A stretch of DNA of 58,963 nucleotides, counting the filler. It is 4 parts of 4 records of this genome, joined end to end, with 100 filler letters (N's around TTAATTAATTAA, not from the genome) between each part and the next. Parts side by side here need not be neighbours in the genome. Positions count along the whole stretch, not along the records: positions 11,918 to 31,278 come from DRR378314_1674; 3 more parts are not named here. One strand, written 5' to 3'. Position 1 is the stretch's first letter. Each line of letters starts with the position of its first letter. Below the pieces are notes generated by a model, which worked only from the letters and a program-made list of their open reading frames with translations, searched no databases and was not told the origin of the DNA. Shown piece by piece: positions 13,521 through 23,485 of the stretch. A program made the translations under genes and the position numbers.

Positions 13521-14837
13521 TCAGTGCGCCATCAACCCGGGTAGCCAGGTGCCGATGGCAGGTTGCCAGACGATCAATGCCAATACCGCGAGCTTGATGA
13601 CAAGGAATGGCGTCACTGCCGCATATATATGCTTCATGCCGATACCCTCGGGGGCGACGCCACGCATCACGAACAACAGCAGGCCAAACGGCGGGGTCAG
13701 CAGTCCAATCTCCATAGTCAAGAGATAGACGACGCCGAGAACCAGCTCGTTGATGCCCAGTTGAGCCGCCAGCGGTACAAACACTGGTACCGTGACCATC
13801 AGCATCGATACCTGATCCACGAAACATCCCAGGAACAGCAGGATCAGGATCATGCCCACCAGCACCATCGTCGGGGTCGGGTCCACCGCATTGATTGCGG
13901 CAATCAGACCATTGGTGGCGCCACTGAACGACAGAACCTGCGCAAATGTCTGGCTGGCCGCCATGATGAAGAGGATCATCACCGAGAGTTTGACCGTTTC
14001 CATCAATGCCTTTGCGATCTTGCTCAGCGACAGGGCGCGGTAGGCGGCCCCGATCACAAGTGCTGCGAGACAGCCGAGAGCGGCGGATTCGGTCGGGGTG
14101 GCAAACCCCATCAGCAGGCTTCCGATCACCACTGCGAACAACACGGACAGTGGCGCGACGTAGATCATGAAGGGACGCCAGCGCTCTGCCAGTGTCATCT
14201 CAGGCAGATCATCCGGCGGGGCAACGCTGGGGTCCAGGATGCTGCGACCGATGATGTAGACGACAAAGGCACCGGCCAGCATCAGTGCAGGGATCACGCC
14301 GGCGATCAACAGGCCCGAGATGGAGATGCCCGCAAGGCTGCCGACCAGAACGGCCAGGGCTGACGGGGGGATCAGCATCGCGATCGCGCCCGAGGCCATG
14401 ATCGGCCCCATGGCCATCGTCGGATGGTAGCCGCGTTGCAGCATGCCCGGCATCAATGTGGAGCCCAGCATGGCCGTATTGGCGATGGTAGAGCCGGACA
14501 GAGCGGCAAAGATCGTGCCGCCAAAGACGGTGACCACCGATAGGCGGCCAGGCACCCGGGTCACCACGCGTTCGATCGCATCTATGGCCCGGTGGGCAAT
14601 GCCGGTCTGAAACAGAATTTCCCCCATCAGGATGAACAGGGGTATCGGGGCCATCTGAAAATTGGCCACCGACTGGGTGGAGTTTCGGGCCAGTTGCAGC
14701 AGCCCACGATCTCCGCCCAACACCTCGAACGCGCCGATCATGGTGACGGTGATAAAGGCAAAGGCGACCGGAAGGCCGATCAGCAGCAGGACCGCCAGCC
14801 CCCCCAACATCAGCGAAAGCGTGAGAATCCAATCCAT
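13521..14837 (-). CDS. dctM: TRAP transporter large permease
   Basis: Multipass protein with APIPLFILMGEIL, FAALSGS, LIPPS and EIGLLTPPFGLLLFV motifs; start MDWIL with AAGGA RBS. Confidence 0.93.
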   Translation of the reverse strand: MDWILTLSLMLGGLAVLLLIGLPVAFAFITVTMIGAFEVLGGDRGLLQLARNSTQSVANFQMAPIPLFILMGEILFQTGIAHRAIDAIERVVTRVPGRLSVVTVFGGTIFAALSGSTIANTAMLGSTLMPGMLQRGYHPTMAMGPIMASGAIAMLIPPSALAVLVGSLAGISISGLLIAGVIPALMLAGAFVVYIIGRSILDPSVAPPDDLPEMTLAERWRPFMIYVAPLSVLFAVVIGSLLMGFATPTESAALGCLAALVIGAAYRALSLSKIAKALMETVKLSVMILFIMAASQTFAQVLSFSGATNGLIAAINAVDPTPTMVLVGMILILLFLGCFVDQVSMLMVTVPVFVPLAAQLGINELVLGVVYLLTMEIGLLTPPFGLLLFVMRGVAPEGIGMKHIYAAVTPFLVIKLAVLALIVWQPAIGTWLPGLMAH

Positions 14838-14848
14838 GGGAATTCCTT

Positions 14849-15349
14849 TCAGAGGCCGGTCAGCGGCGCAGAGTCTTCGGAGGGGCGGAAGATTTTGCGC
14901 AGGAATTCGATCATGCACAGAAGCATCGACAGCGGCAGGACGGTCAGTGTCCACCATTCAGGAAAGGTGAACGCGGTGCGCACCATGGAGCCGCGCGCGT
15001 AGGATTGCATCAGGGCCTGCAGCCCAGCCCAGCCAAGCGCGGCACAGGTGATGGCCCCCAGCAGGCAGGTCAGGATTGCGGCGACGCGGGCCCCACGCGG
15101 TGGCAGCCCGCGGGTCACGAGGTCGACCTGTACATGGGCGTCCAATCGCAGCACCCAGGGTGCGCCCAGAAAGGCGATGGCCATCAAACCGTACTCGATG
15201 ACGTCAAGCGCGCCGTAGATCACCGGCAGGCCCAGGTTGCGCAGAAACACATTTAACGGGATCACCAGCGTGATCGCCGCAAGGATGGCGGCGGCGAGCA
15301 CGGCAAGGCCAGTGGTCAGCGCGCCGAAGCAGCGGTTGAAGTTCATCAT
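14849..15349 (-). CDS. dctQ: TRAP transporter small permease
   Basis: Four TM helices, FLGAPWVLRLDAHVQVDL motif, located between dctP and dctM. Confidence 0.9.
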   Translation of the reverse strand: MMNFNRCFGALTTGLAVLAAAILAAITLVIPLNVFLRNLGLPVIYGALDVIEYGLMAIAFLGAPWVLRLDAHVQVDLVTRGLPPRGARVAAILTCLLGAITCAALGWAGLQALMQSYARGSMVRTAFTFPEWWTLTVLPLSMLLCMIEFLRKIFRPSEDSAPLTGL

Positions 15350-15389
15350 GGGAACAACGGCGGAGCGACCAGAGGCCGCCCCAGCCACT

Positions 15390-16358
15390 TCACTTTGTCA
15401 GACAGGATTGCAGTTGCTGGCCAAGCTCAGCGTCGATCTCCATCACCTCGCCCCAGCCTTCGGATTGGGCGGTCTCAGCCCATAGCTCCTTGTCGGCGCC
15501 GTCAAAGGTGACGGTTTCAATGCCAGCTTCCGCCTGTGCTTCTGCTTCGGCCTGATTGCGCGCGATGTTTTCGGCGTTCTGCGTCTCGATCCAGGTGGCG
15601 GCCTGTTCCAGCAGCGCCTGTTGATCGGCGCTCAGGTCGTTCCAGCGATCCATGTTCACCAGGAAATTCACATCCACCTGATAAAAACCAGGGTCGACCC
15701 GGTAGGCTGTCTGCTCGTGCCAACCAAGATCAAGAACCCCCTGGCTGGGCCAGCCATAGCCATCAATCGCACCGCGTTCGAGGGCGGTGTAGACCTCGCC
15801 CGGAGCGGTGCGCACAAGGGTTGCCCCCAATTTTTCAAACATGGCGCGATAGACTGGCGTGGTGCGAATGGTCAGACCGGTCAGGTCCGGACCCTCCAGC
15901 GGTTTCGCCAGATATAGGTGATAGTTCATGTTGTCGCCCACGCGGGCGAGGTATTTCACATTCATCTGCTGCTGATGAATGCTGTCGATCAGCTCATAAC
16001 ACCCATTGGCGCGTTGGTCCTGAATGGTGTTTTGCGCCAGATGCAGCGCATCACCGGTGGGCAGCAGGTTGGGATAATAGGCGGTGGTGTTGTTCGCGAT
16101 ATCGACGATGCCAGCCTGAACCGCGTTGCCCAGTTCAAAGGGCGGCACCGCCTCGGGCCCGCCCAGCAGGTCGATCTGAACCAGACCTGTGCCGTTTTCA
16201 TTGACCCAGTCGACAAAGGCTTCGAAGTCGCGGGAGAAAGTTGTGCCGGTGGCAAAGGCCGTGACAGCCTTTAGCGTCACCTCTTCGGCTTGAACGCCGG
16301 CTGCGGTGAAGGTTGAGGCGCCAAAAAACGCGGCAGTGGCGAGTGAGCGGATGGTCAT
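15390..16358 (-). CDS. dctP: TRAP transporter substrate-binding protein
   Basis: Signal peptide MTIRSLATAAFFGAS..VQA; DLTGLTIR and GEVYTALERGAIDG motifs; GGGAGA RBS. Confidence 0.92.
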   Translation of the reverse strand: MTIRSLATAAFFGASTFTAAGVQAEEVTLKAVTAFATGTTFSRDFEAFVDWVNENGTGLVQIDLLGGPEAVPPFELGNAVQAGIVDIANNTTAYYPNLLPTGDALHLAQNTIQDQRANGCYELIDSIHQQQMNVKYLARVGDNMNYHLYLAKPLEGPDLTGLTIRTTPVYRAMFEKLGATLVRTAPGEVYTALERGAIDGYGWPSQGVLDLGWHEQTAYRVDPGFYQVDVNFLVNMDRWNDLSADQQALLEQAATWIETQNAENIARNQAEAEAQAEAGIETVTFDGADKELWAETAQSEGWGEVMEIDAELGQQLQSCLTK

Positions 16359-16436
16359 AGTCGGTCTCCCTGGGTGAGTGTGCTGGCGCGGAGCGGGCGC
16401 TTCTGAGCCTCTTGGTGTTCCGTATCCATATCGAAA

Positions 16437-16487
16437 AGCGTAGAGCCTCATTCTCAATTCTTCAAGCATGAAGCTTTAAGTCTGAAA
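16437..16487 (-). promoter_or_regulatory. Putative sigma70 promoter of the TRAP operon with overlapping operator palindromes
   Basis: -35 TTGAAG (16465-16460), 17-bp spacer, -10 TACGCT (16442-16437). Imperfect palindromes CTTCAAGCATGAAG (16460-16473) and CTTTAAGTCTGAAA (16474-16487). Confidence 0.55.
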
Positions 16488-16674
16488 TAAAAATGCGACG
16501 GATCTTGGGGTGTGGTGATTGTTGCAACCTCAATGCGCCAAGTCGCGCAAGAATGTGTATATTTCGCCCGCGCAGCGCACTAGCGCGACGGGGCGATATT
16601 TTGATTGTCTCCGTTGGTCCAAGCTGGATCTCGCTGCGCCAGCGCGGACTGTGGCGTTGTCTTGCGTTACATGG

Positions 16675-17541
16675 TCAGTCGAACCATCTGTCGTCCAGCT
16701 CTGGCAGTGGAATGGCATCGAGCAGCAGGCGCGTGATCTCGGATTGCGGGGCGGCAAAGACCTGCTCCACGGGGCCGTTTTCCAGAATTTCACCACGGTT
16801 CAATACAATGACATTGTCGCATAGGTGTCGGATCACGCTCAGGTCATGGCTGATGAAGGCGATGGTCAGGTTCATCTCCTGCGCCAGCGATTTGAGCAGC
16901 GACAGCACTTGCGCCTGGCTGGAGACATCAAGGCCCGAAACGATCTCGTCGGCCAGAATGAACTCCGGCTCTAGTGCGATCGCGCGGGCGATGCCGACGC
17001 GCTGGCGCTGCCCGCCGGAAAGCTCATGCGGATACCGCTCGCCAAAGCTGGGATCGAGGCCGACACGTTCCAGCGCCCGCAGGGCCTGATCCCGACGCGC
17101 TGCACTTGCGTTGCGGGTGGACGTGTCATTCGCGTAGCGCGCCAGTGGGGCTGCAACAATGCGCCAGATCTTGTGGCGCGGATTGAGGGACGACATCGGA
17201 TCCTGAAAGATCATCTGCAAGTTTCGCCGCAGGGGACGCAACGCCGCCTCGTCCAGCGTGGCGATATCTTGTCCATTGAGCAGAACCTGACCGGCATCCG
17301 GGCGCAGCAGACGCACCAGAACCCGCCCCAAGGTCGATTTGCCAGAGCCGCTCTCGCCAACGATGCCGGTGATCTGGCCCCGCGGCAGATCAAGGTCGAG
17401 ACCTTTCAGAACTTCGATCCGGGGTGCGGGGGCAAACAGCGGCTTATGGGCGGTATCGGGAAAGGACAGGCGCAGGGCGCGCACCGAAAACAACGCCGGA
17501 GCGGGAGCAGTCTGTGGGCAGATCAAGGGAGCGGCCATCAC
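16675..17541 (-). CDS. Peptide/nickel-type ABC transporter ATP-binding protein (DppF/OppF-like)
   Basis: Walker A GESGSGKS, QMIFQDP, signature LSGGQRQR, Walker B ILADE. Confidence 0.93.
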   Translation of the reverse strand: MMAAPLICPQTAPAPALFSVRALRLSFPDTAHKPLFAPAPRIEVLKGLDLDLPRGQITGIVGESGSGKSTLGRVLVRLLRPDAGQVLLNGQDIATLDEAALRPLRRNLQMIFQDPMSSLNPRHKIWRIVAAPLARYANDTSTRNASAARRDQALRALERVGLDPSFGERYPHELSGGQRQRVGIARAIALEPEFILADEIVSGLDVSSQAQVLSLLKSLAQEMNLTIAFISHDLSVIRHLCDNVIVLNRGEILENGPVEQVFAAPQSEITRLLLDAIPLPELDDRWFD

Positions 17542-18404
17542 CAGATCTCCTCCTGTGCGATCTTTGATTTCATCTGTGCGATCAGCTCGGGCGGCACCGG
17601 AGAGAAGCTGCGAGCGGGGTCGGCATAGCTGGGCGTGGCGGCAATCAGCGCGCGCGTATAGGGATGCGTCGGACTGGAGAAGATCGCCTCGGTGGTTGAA
17701 TCCTCCATGACGCGGCCTTGAAACAGCACGGATACTTTCTGGCTGATCTTGGCCACGACCCCCATGTCGTGGGTGACAAACAGCACTGCGGTGCCAACTT
17801 CCTTTTGCAACTCTCTGATAAGTTTCAGAATCTGCTTCTGTACGGTGACGTCCAGCGCAGTGGTCGGCTCGTCCGCCACAATCAGGGGCGGCGAGGGTGC
17901 AAAGGCTGCGGCGATCAGAATGCGTTGACGCATGCCGCCGGACAGTTCATGCGGGTAGCTGCGCATGACACGCGCCGGATCACGAATTTCGACCCGATCC
18001 AGCAATTCCAGTGCCCGCGTCTGCGCACGTTCAGCAGACCAGCCATGGATGCGGGTCAGCGGGTCGGTGATCTGCGGCGCGATCCGGCGTACCGGGTTTA
18101 GTGCGGTGAGCGGGTCCTGCGGGATCAGGGCGGCGCTCTGGGCAACGCAATGGCGTCTCTGGGCGGCGTTGAGATGATCCAGTGCCTGACCCCTGAGGAA
18201 TATCTGACCGCCGGTCACCCGCGTCGCCGGGGGCAGGGTGCCCAGAACGGCCTTGCCGATCATCGACTTGCCAGCGCCACTTTCTCCGACAAGCGCGCGC
18301 ACCTCTCCGGGCTCTAGCGTCAGGTTGACCTGTCTCAGAAGCGGTAAGCCGCTGCGCAGGGACACGGTCAGATTCTGGATGTTCAGCGTCGAGGACATGG
18401 TCAT
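17538..18404 (-). CDS. Peptide/nickel-type ABC transporter ATP-binding protein (DppD/OppD-like)
   Basis: GESGAGKS, YPHELSGGMRQR, DEPTTALDV, HPYTRALI. Confidence 0.93.
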   Translation of the reverse strand: MTMSSTLNIQNLTVSLRSGLPLLRQVNLTLEPGEVRALVGESGAGKSMIGKAVLGTLPPATRVTGGQIFLRGQALDHLNAAQRRHCVAQSAALIPQDPLTALNPVRRIAPQITDPLTRIHGWSAERAQTRALELLDRVEIRDPARVMRSYPHELSGGMRQRILIAAAFAPSPPLIVADEPTTALDVTVQKQILKLIRELQKEVGTAVLFVTHDMGVVAKISQKVSVLFQGRVMEDSTTEAIFSSPTHPYTRALIAATPSYADPARSFSPVPPELIAQMKSKIAQEEIW

Positions 18405-19267
18405 TGCAGCACCGGATCAAAGCGTTGTTTCAGCCCTTCGCCGAGCTGCGAGAAGCTCAGCACCGTAAGGAACAGGGCGATCAGCGGGAACAGCAGCACC
18501 CACCAGGCAAAGTGGATGGCGTTGCGTCCCTCGGCAATCATGCTGCCCCAGGTCGCCACATCCGACGACAGAGACAGGTTCACGAAGCTGAGGATCGCCT
18601 CGACGATCACCGCGATGCCCATCTCCAGCATCAGCAGGGCGACAATCGACGGCAGCACGTTTGGCAGGATTTCCGAAACCAGGGTGGTCAGTCGCCGGGC
18701 GCCGCCGATCTGGGCGCTGTCCACATAATCCATCTGCGCCTGCACCATTGTCTCGGCGCGGATCACGCGGGCAAAGCGGGTCCAGTCAATCAGGGCGATG
18801 GCCACGATGACCGAGGTCAGACCGGTGCCCATGACTGCCACCAGCAACACCGCGAACAGCACCGGAGGAAAGGCCATCCAGATCTCGATGAGGCGAGAGA
18901 TCACCCGGTCCCACCAGCCGCCGAAGTACCCGGCCAGCAACCCAAGGGTCGAGCCCACCAGACAGGTTGCCGTTGCCGCGATCAGGCTGACACACAGCGC
19001 GATGCGGGTGCCGTAGATGACCCGCGACAGAACATCCCGGCCCAGACTGTCGGTGCCGAGCCAATAGCCCGGTTCCGTGCCGGACATGAAGAACGGGGGA
19101 AGGCGTTCGAGGAACAGATCCTGATAAAGTGGATCATGAGGCGCGATCAGCGGTGCAAAGAGGGCCGCCAGACCCAGCGTGGTGATCCAGGCCAATGGCA
19201 ACCACAGACGCAGGTTGCGGCGCCCTGAGCGGGCACGGGGCGTGGTTTGCAGGGAGACATCAGCCAT
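18401..19267 (-). CDS. ABC transporter permease (DppC/OppC-like)
   Basis: WLGTDSLGRDVLSRVIYG motif, EAA-like loop, multiple TM helices. Confidence 0.93.
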   Translation of the reverse strand: MADVSLQTTPRARSGRRNLRLWLPLAWITTLGLAALFAPLIAPHDPLYQDLFLERLPPFFMSGTEPGYWLGTDSLGRDVLSRVIYGTRIALCVSLIAATATCLVGSTLGLLAGYFGGWWDRVISRLIEIWMAFPPVLFAVLLVAVMGTGLTSVIVAIALIDWTRFARVIRAETMVQAQMDYVDSAQIGGARRLTTLVSEILPNVLPSIVALLMLEMGIAVIVEAILSFVNLSLSSDVATWGSMIAEGRNAIHFAWWVLLFPLIALFLTVLSFSQLGEGLKQRFDPVLQ

Positions 19268-20270
19268 GACGCAACCTCGGGTTCAAAAGGGTGTAGGACA
19301 GATCCACTAGAAGGTTGATGGCCACAAACAGGGCGGCAAACAGCAGCACGATGCCTTGGATCAGCGGCAGATCACGATTGATAACCGCATCAATGGCCAT
19401 GTTCCCAAGGCCGCCGTAAGCAAAAAGGCGCTCCACGATCACCGTGCCACCGATGAGAAAGGTGAACTGCACCCCAACCAGCGTCAGCGTCGGCAGGGCG
19501 GCATTGCGCATGGCGTCCCGCAGGATCACTTGCGTTTCAGAGAACCCGCGCACCCGCGACAAGGTGGTGTAGTCTTGGATCAGAACCTCCTTGAGGTTCT
19601 GCTTCAGCAATTGTGCAATCAACGCCGCCAACGGCAACGCCAGCGACAGCGCCGGCATCAGCATATGTGAAAACGCGCTGCCTGCGACGTCGAAACGCCC
19701 CCGCAAAAGCCCTTCGATAGCCACGAAGTTGGTGAGGAAATCGAATTCCAGCCTCGGATCCAGACGCCCGGAAATAGACAGGACGGGCCAGAGCACACCA
19801 AACAGCAGGACAAACAGCAGCCCCCAGAGGAAATCGGGGATTGAGAGCACAGCGCCACTGGTCAGGTCGACAGCGGCCTCCGTCGGACTGCCCCGTCGAC
19901 GCGCCCCGATCACGGCAGCCACACCGCCGATGGCGACCGCGATCAGCAAGGCAAAGAATGACAGCTCAAGCGTCGCCGGAAGGCGGGCCAAGACCAGATC
20001 GGCGACCGGCTGGCGCAGGGTGATGGAGGTGCCGAAATCGCCCTGAACCACCCCGCCAATCCAGATGACGAACTGTTCGACCAGGCTCTTGTCGAACCCG
20101 TAGAGGGCCGTCAGCTGGGCGATGTCATCCTCGCTCGCACCCGGCGGCAGCATCATGGCGATCGGATTGCCTGGTGCCACTCGCACCAGAACAAAGACAA
20201 CAACCGCAACGCCGAACAGCGTGACGAGGGTCGTCAACAGACGGGACAGCACTGTCCTGAGAAACATCAA
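19260..20270 (-). CDS. ABC transporter permease (DppB/OppB-like)
   Basis: GDFGTS, RLPATLEL, GGTVIVERLF, RDLPLIQG, LLNPRLR. Confidence 0.93.
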   Translation of the reverse strand: MMFLRTVLSRLLTTLVTLFGVAVVVFVLVRVAPGNPIAMMLPPGASEDDIAQLTALYGFDKSLVEQFVIWIGGVVQGDFGTSITLRQPVADLVLARLPATLELSFFALLIAVAIGGVAAVIGARRRGSPTEAAVDLTSGAVLSIPDFLWGLLFVLLFGVLWPVLSISGRLDPRLEFDFLTNFVAIEGLLRGRFDVAGSAFSHMLMPALSLALPLAALIAQLLKQNLKEVLIQDYTTLSRVRGFSETQVILRDAMRNAALPTLTLVGVQFTFLIGGTVIVERLFAYGGLGNMAIDAVINRDLPLIQGIVLLFAALFVAINLLVDLSYTLLNPRLRHG

Positions 20271-20327
20271 AGGTACTCCGCTTCGATGCCGCCGACCGCA
20301 ACGGGCCGGCAGCAGGAGATTGACAGA

Positions 20328-21857
20328 TCAGACGGATGTCACGGCCTGGGGCAGCAGGTCGCCAGAGGTATAGGCCGCGACGTTCAGATCCGAGCGGTAG
20401 ACGATGGGCATCACATATTGCAGGAGCGGGATCACATAGCCCTCTTCAGCAATATAGCGGGACACGTCTTTGTAGCCCTGAATGCGCTTTTCTTCGTCGG
20501 CTTCCACGAACAGCGGGCCGATCTTTTCCACCAGATCCGGCGTGTCCCAGACCGCGTGTGGCGAGGGGCCGAACATCGAAAATCCCGTCGATGTCGACGG
20601 GTCACCGATCGAATTGCCCCAGTTGTAGAAGGCCGCAGGCGCCAGCTGGTCGGTGGCACGCAGCTCGTAGTGTTTGGCGATCTCGTAAACTTCGATTTCG
20701 GCTTCGATGCCGACACGACGCCACAGTCCGACGATGGCCTGCACCATTTCATAATCCTTGGGCTTAAAGCCCTTGGTCGTCTGAATGGTGAATTTGACCG
20801 GGTTGTCCGTGGAGTAGCCGGACTCTGCCAGCAACGCCTTGGCGCGCTCCGGGTCGTAAGGCACCGTGATGCTGTCGTCGAAGGCCGCATAGCCGGGCAC
20901 TTCGAGGGTGGAGAGCGGCACGCCATAGCCTTTCAGCAGCCGGTCGATAATCAGCTCCTTGTCGATGGCGTGATGGGCCGCGAGGCGTACATTCTTGTCG
21001 AGCATCGGCCCGATGTCGTTGAGGAAGATCATGCCGATATCGGTGATCGGAACCGCCTGACCGGACAGGCCGTCCTTGGCGATCAGGCGGTCGTAATCTT
21101 CGTAGGGCATATTGGTGGTAATATCCGCGTTGCCGGATTCCACCTCGGCCACGCGCGAGGTCGCATCGGTCACGAATTTGATCGTCACGGTGGAGAACTC
21201 CGGAGCCGCACCCCAATAGCCGTCGTAGGCTTTCAGGCGAACGTAGGCGCCGGGTTCGAATGTATCCACCATATAGGGGCCAGATCCGATCGGTGCTTTC
21301 TCAAACCCTTCGGAGCCGACGCTTTCGTAATAGTCCTTGGGCAGAACAAAGGCCGTCAGGAACGCCATCCATTTGAACAAGGCCGGTTCGAACTCGATCA
21401 CATCTGCGGTGATGCGCTGCCCATCGATCTGGAAATTGCCGATCTTGGACCAGACGAACTGCATCGGGTTTCCGGTTTCGGACTGGGCGGCACGGGTCAG
21501 CGACCAGACGATGTCATCCGGGGTCAGCGGATCCCCGTTCTGCCAGGTCACCCCTTCGCGGACGGTCATGTGGATCTGGGATTTGTCCTCGCTGAACCCC
21601 CAGTCGGTCAGCAGGCCAGCGTCAAAGCTGAGATCCGGGTTCTGGCCGACAAAGCGGTCGAACACCGCCAGGTAGATGGATTGCAACACCGGGTTGACCG
21701 CAGCCGGGCCGGTGGTCGGATCCCAGCTTTGCACAGGCACGTTATAGGCAATGGTCAGGTCGCCCCCGTTCTGGGCGATCACCGGCAGGCCCGAGGCCGC
21801 AAGAGCGGTGGCAAAGGCTGAGGTGCCTAGGAAACCACGACGGTTCATAGTGTTCAT
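20328..21857 (-). CDS. Family-5 ABC substrate-binding protein with Tat signal
   Basis: MNRRGFLG twin-arginine signal; REGVTWQNGDPLTPDDIVWS and PIGSGPY; AGGAGAG RBS. Confidence 0.92.
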   Translation of the reverse strand: MNTMNRRGFLGTSAFATALAASGLPVIAQNGGDLTIAYNVPVQSWDPTTGPAAVNPVLQSIYLAVFDRFVGQNPDLSFDAGLLTDWGFSEDKSQIHMTVREGVTWQNGDPLTPDDIVWSLTRAAQSETGNPMQFVWSKIGNFQIDGQRITADVIEFEPALFKWMAFLTAFVLPKDYYESVGSEGFEKAPIGSGPYMVDTFEPGAYVRLKAYDGYWGAAPEFSTVTIKFVTDATSRVAEVESGNADITTNMPYEDYDRLIAKDGLSGQAVPITDIGMIFLNDIGPMLDKNVRLAAHHAIDKELIIDRLLKGYGVPLSTLEVPGYAAFDDSITVPYDPERAKALLAESGYSTDNPVKFTIQTTKGFKPKDYEMVQAIVGLWRRVGIEAEIEVYEIAKHYELRATDQLAPAAFYNWGNSIGDPSTSTGFSMFGPSPHAVWDTPDLVEKIGPLFVEADEEKRIQGYKDVSRYIAEEGYVIPLLQYVMPIVYRSDLNVAAYTSGDLLPQAVTSV

Positions 21858-21943
21858 GTCTTCTCTCTCCTGTTGGCGGGCCTGTTTCGACCCAATTTAT
21901 TTTTTGTGTTTTGCCCATGCGGGCAGGGGCGACCGCAGGGCGG

Positions 21944-23485
21944 TCAAAGGTCTTGTGCCTTGAAAAACCCCGAACCGGCGCCGGTGCCGGCGCCTGGCCA
22001 GACCGCTGCTCCGATCATGTGCAACCCCTTGATGGGGGTCGTGCCATCGGCGAACCCACGCACCGGGCGGAACAGAAAGTTCTGCCGCAGATGATGCGAG
22101 CCGCAGAGCTGGTCGCCGCCCACGAGGTTGGGGTTGCCAGCTTCCAGATCTCTCGGTGACACTAAGGTCTGGGCGAGAATGCGGTCCCGCACTCCCGGTG
22201 CCTGCTCCTCCAGCTGATCAATCACGCGGGCTGCAAATGGCGCTTTGGCCTGATCCCAGTCCCGTGCGGAGATCTTGCCCTTGGCGTCCCCTGCGATATC
22301 CGCAGGCAGGACGCGAACCTGCACCCAGAGCGTCTGTTTGCCCTCCGGCGCGCGTGTCGGATCAAAGACCGAAGGTTGCCCAACCACCAACACCGGGCTG
22401 TCCGGCAGCAAACCGGCCATCGCCTGTTGATAGGTCTGCGCCGTGGCGTCGATGGACTGGCCGACATGCACATAGGCAAAGCGACCCAATTCGGGGGCGG
22501 CCCACGGCACCGGCCCATCCAGTGCAAGGTGGATCATCATCGTGCCAGGTGCGTGACGGAAGGCGTCAAGCCCGGCATCAAAACGGGCGTGGCCGCTATC
22601 GCCAATCAGCTTGGACAGATGACGCGGCGCCAGTCCGGCCAGCACCGTCTTGGCGGCGATGTCTTCGCCATTGACGCTCAGGCCCGTGACGGTTCCGTGC
22701 GAGTGGGAAATGGCGTGGACATCGGCATCGCAGGTGACGTTGCCGCCATGGGCTTCGATCATCCGCACAAGCGCGTTCGTGACAGTCGCGGCACCGCCCT
22801 TGCCGATGACCATGCCCTGTGCCTGTCCGCCGAGGGCCTCGAGGAACGGGAAGATGGCCCCGCCTGCAACATCCGGCGCAAAGTCCAGATGCAACCCCCA
22901 GGTGGAAAAGGCGCAATGCAACCGGGGATCTTCGAACGTATCCTGCAGCCAGTCGCGCGGTGAGGTCATCAGCAGGCGGGCGATATCGGTCATCTTGCCG
23001 AGCCCCAGGCTGCGCCACTGTCGCCAAACGAACTTCAGCAGCGCTGTTCGCGTCATTGGCGTCCCCAGAAGCCCACCGATTACCGCAGCCTTCTCTGGGA
23101 ACTCGCGCATCAATGACTGCCAGGTGTCTTTGTCCTGCTCACTGTGAAAGCTCGCCAGCGTTTCGTTGATATCTGTCGACACGCCGACAAAATCGCCCGG
23201 CGTCATCGCCTGGGCAAAGGGACGATCAACGGACACCAGCTCCAGCCCATGACGGGCCATCTCCTCGCCATGGCGCGCCATGAAGCCGGAGCCTGCGAAC
23301 ATCGAGAGGTTCATCGCGGCCACGTCATGGTGAAAGCCGGGCAGTGTCAGCGCCTTGGTCTGTACCGCCCCGCCGGGGGTGGGGCCGCGCTCCCAAACCT
23401 GAACCTTGCGCCCGCGTGCGGCCAGATCCGCGGCGGCCACAAGACCGTTGATTCCGGCGCCAATGATGTGAATGGGGCCGCTCAT
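21944..23485 (-). CDS. Phytoene-desaturase-family (COG1233) FAD oxidoreductase, copy 2
   Basis: IIGAGINGL dinucleotide fold; C-terminal TPIKGLHMIGAAVWPGAGTGAGSG. Confidence 0.88.
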   Translation of the reverse strand: MSGPIHIIGAGINGLVAAADLAARGRKVQVWERGPTPGGAVQTKALTLPGFHHDVAAMNLSMFAGSGFMARHGEEMARHGLELVSVDRPFAQAMTPGDFVGVSTDINETLASFHSEQDKDTWQSLMREFPEKAAVIGGLLGTPMTRTALLKFVWRQWRSLGLGKMTDIARLLMTSPRDWLQDTFEDPRLHCAFSTWGLHLDFAPDVAGGAIFPFLEALGGQAQGMVIGKGGAATVTNALVRMIEAHGGNVTCDADVHAISHSHGTVTGLSVNGEDIAAKTVLAGLAPRHLSKLIGDSGHARFDAGLDAFRHAPGTMMIHLALDGPVPWAAPELGRFAYVHVGQSIDATAQTYQQAMAGLLPDSPVLVVGQPSVFDPTRAPEGKQTLWVQVRVLPADIAGDAKGKISARDWDQAKAPFAARVIDQLEEQAPGVRDRILAQTLVSPRDLEAGNPNLVGGDQLCGSHHLRQNFLFRPVRGFADGTTPIKGLHMIGAAVWPGAGTGAGSGFFKAQDL

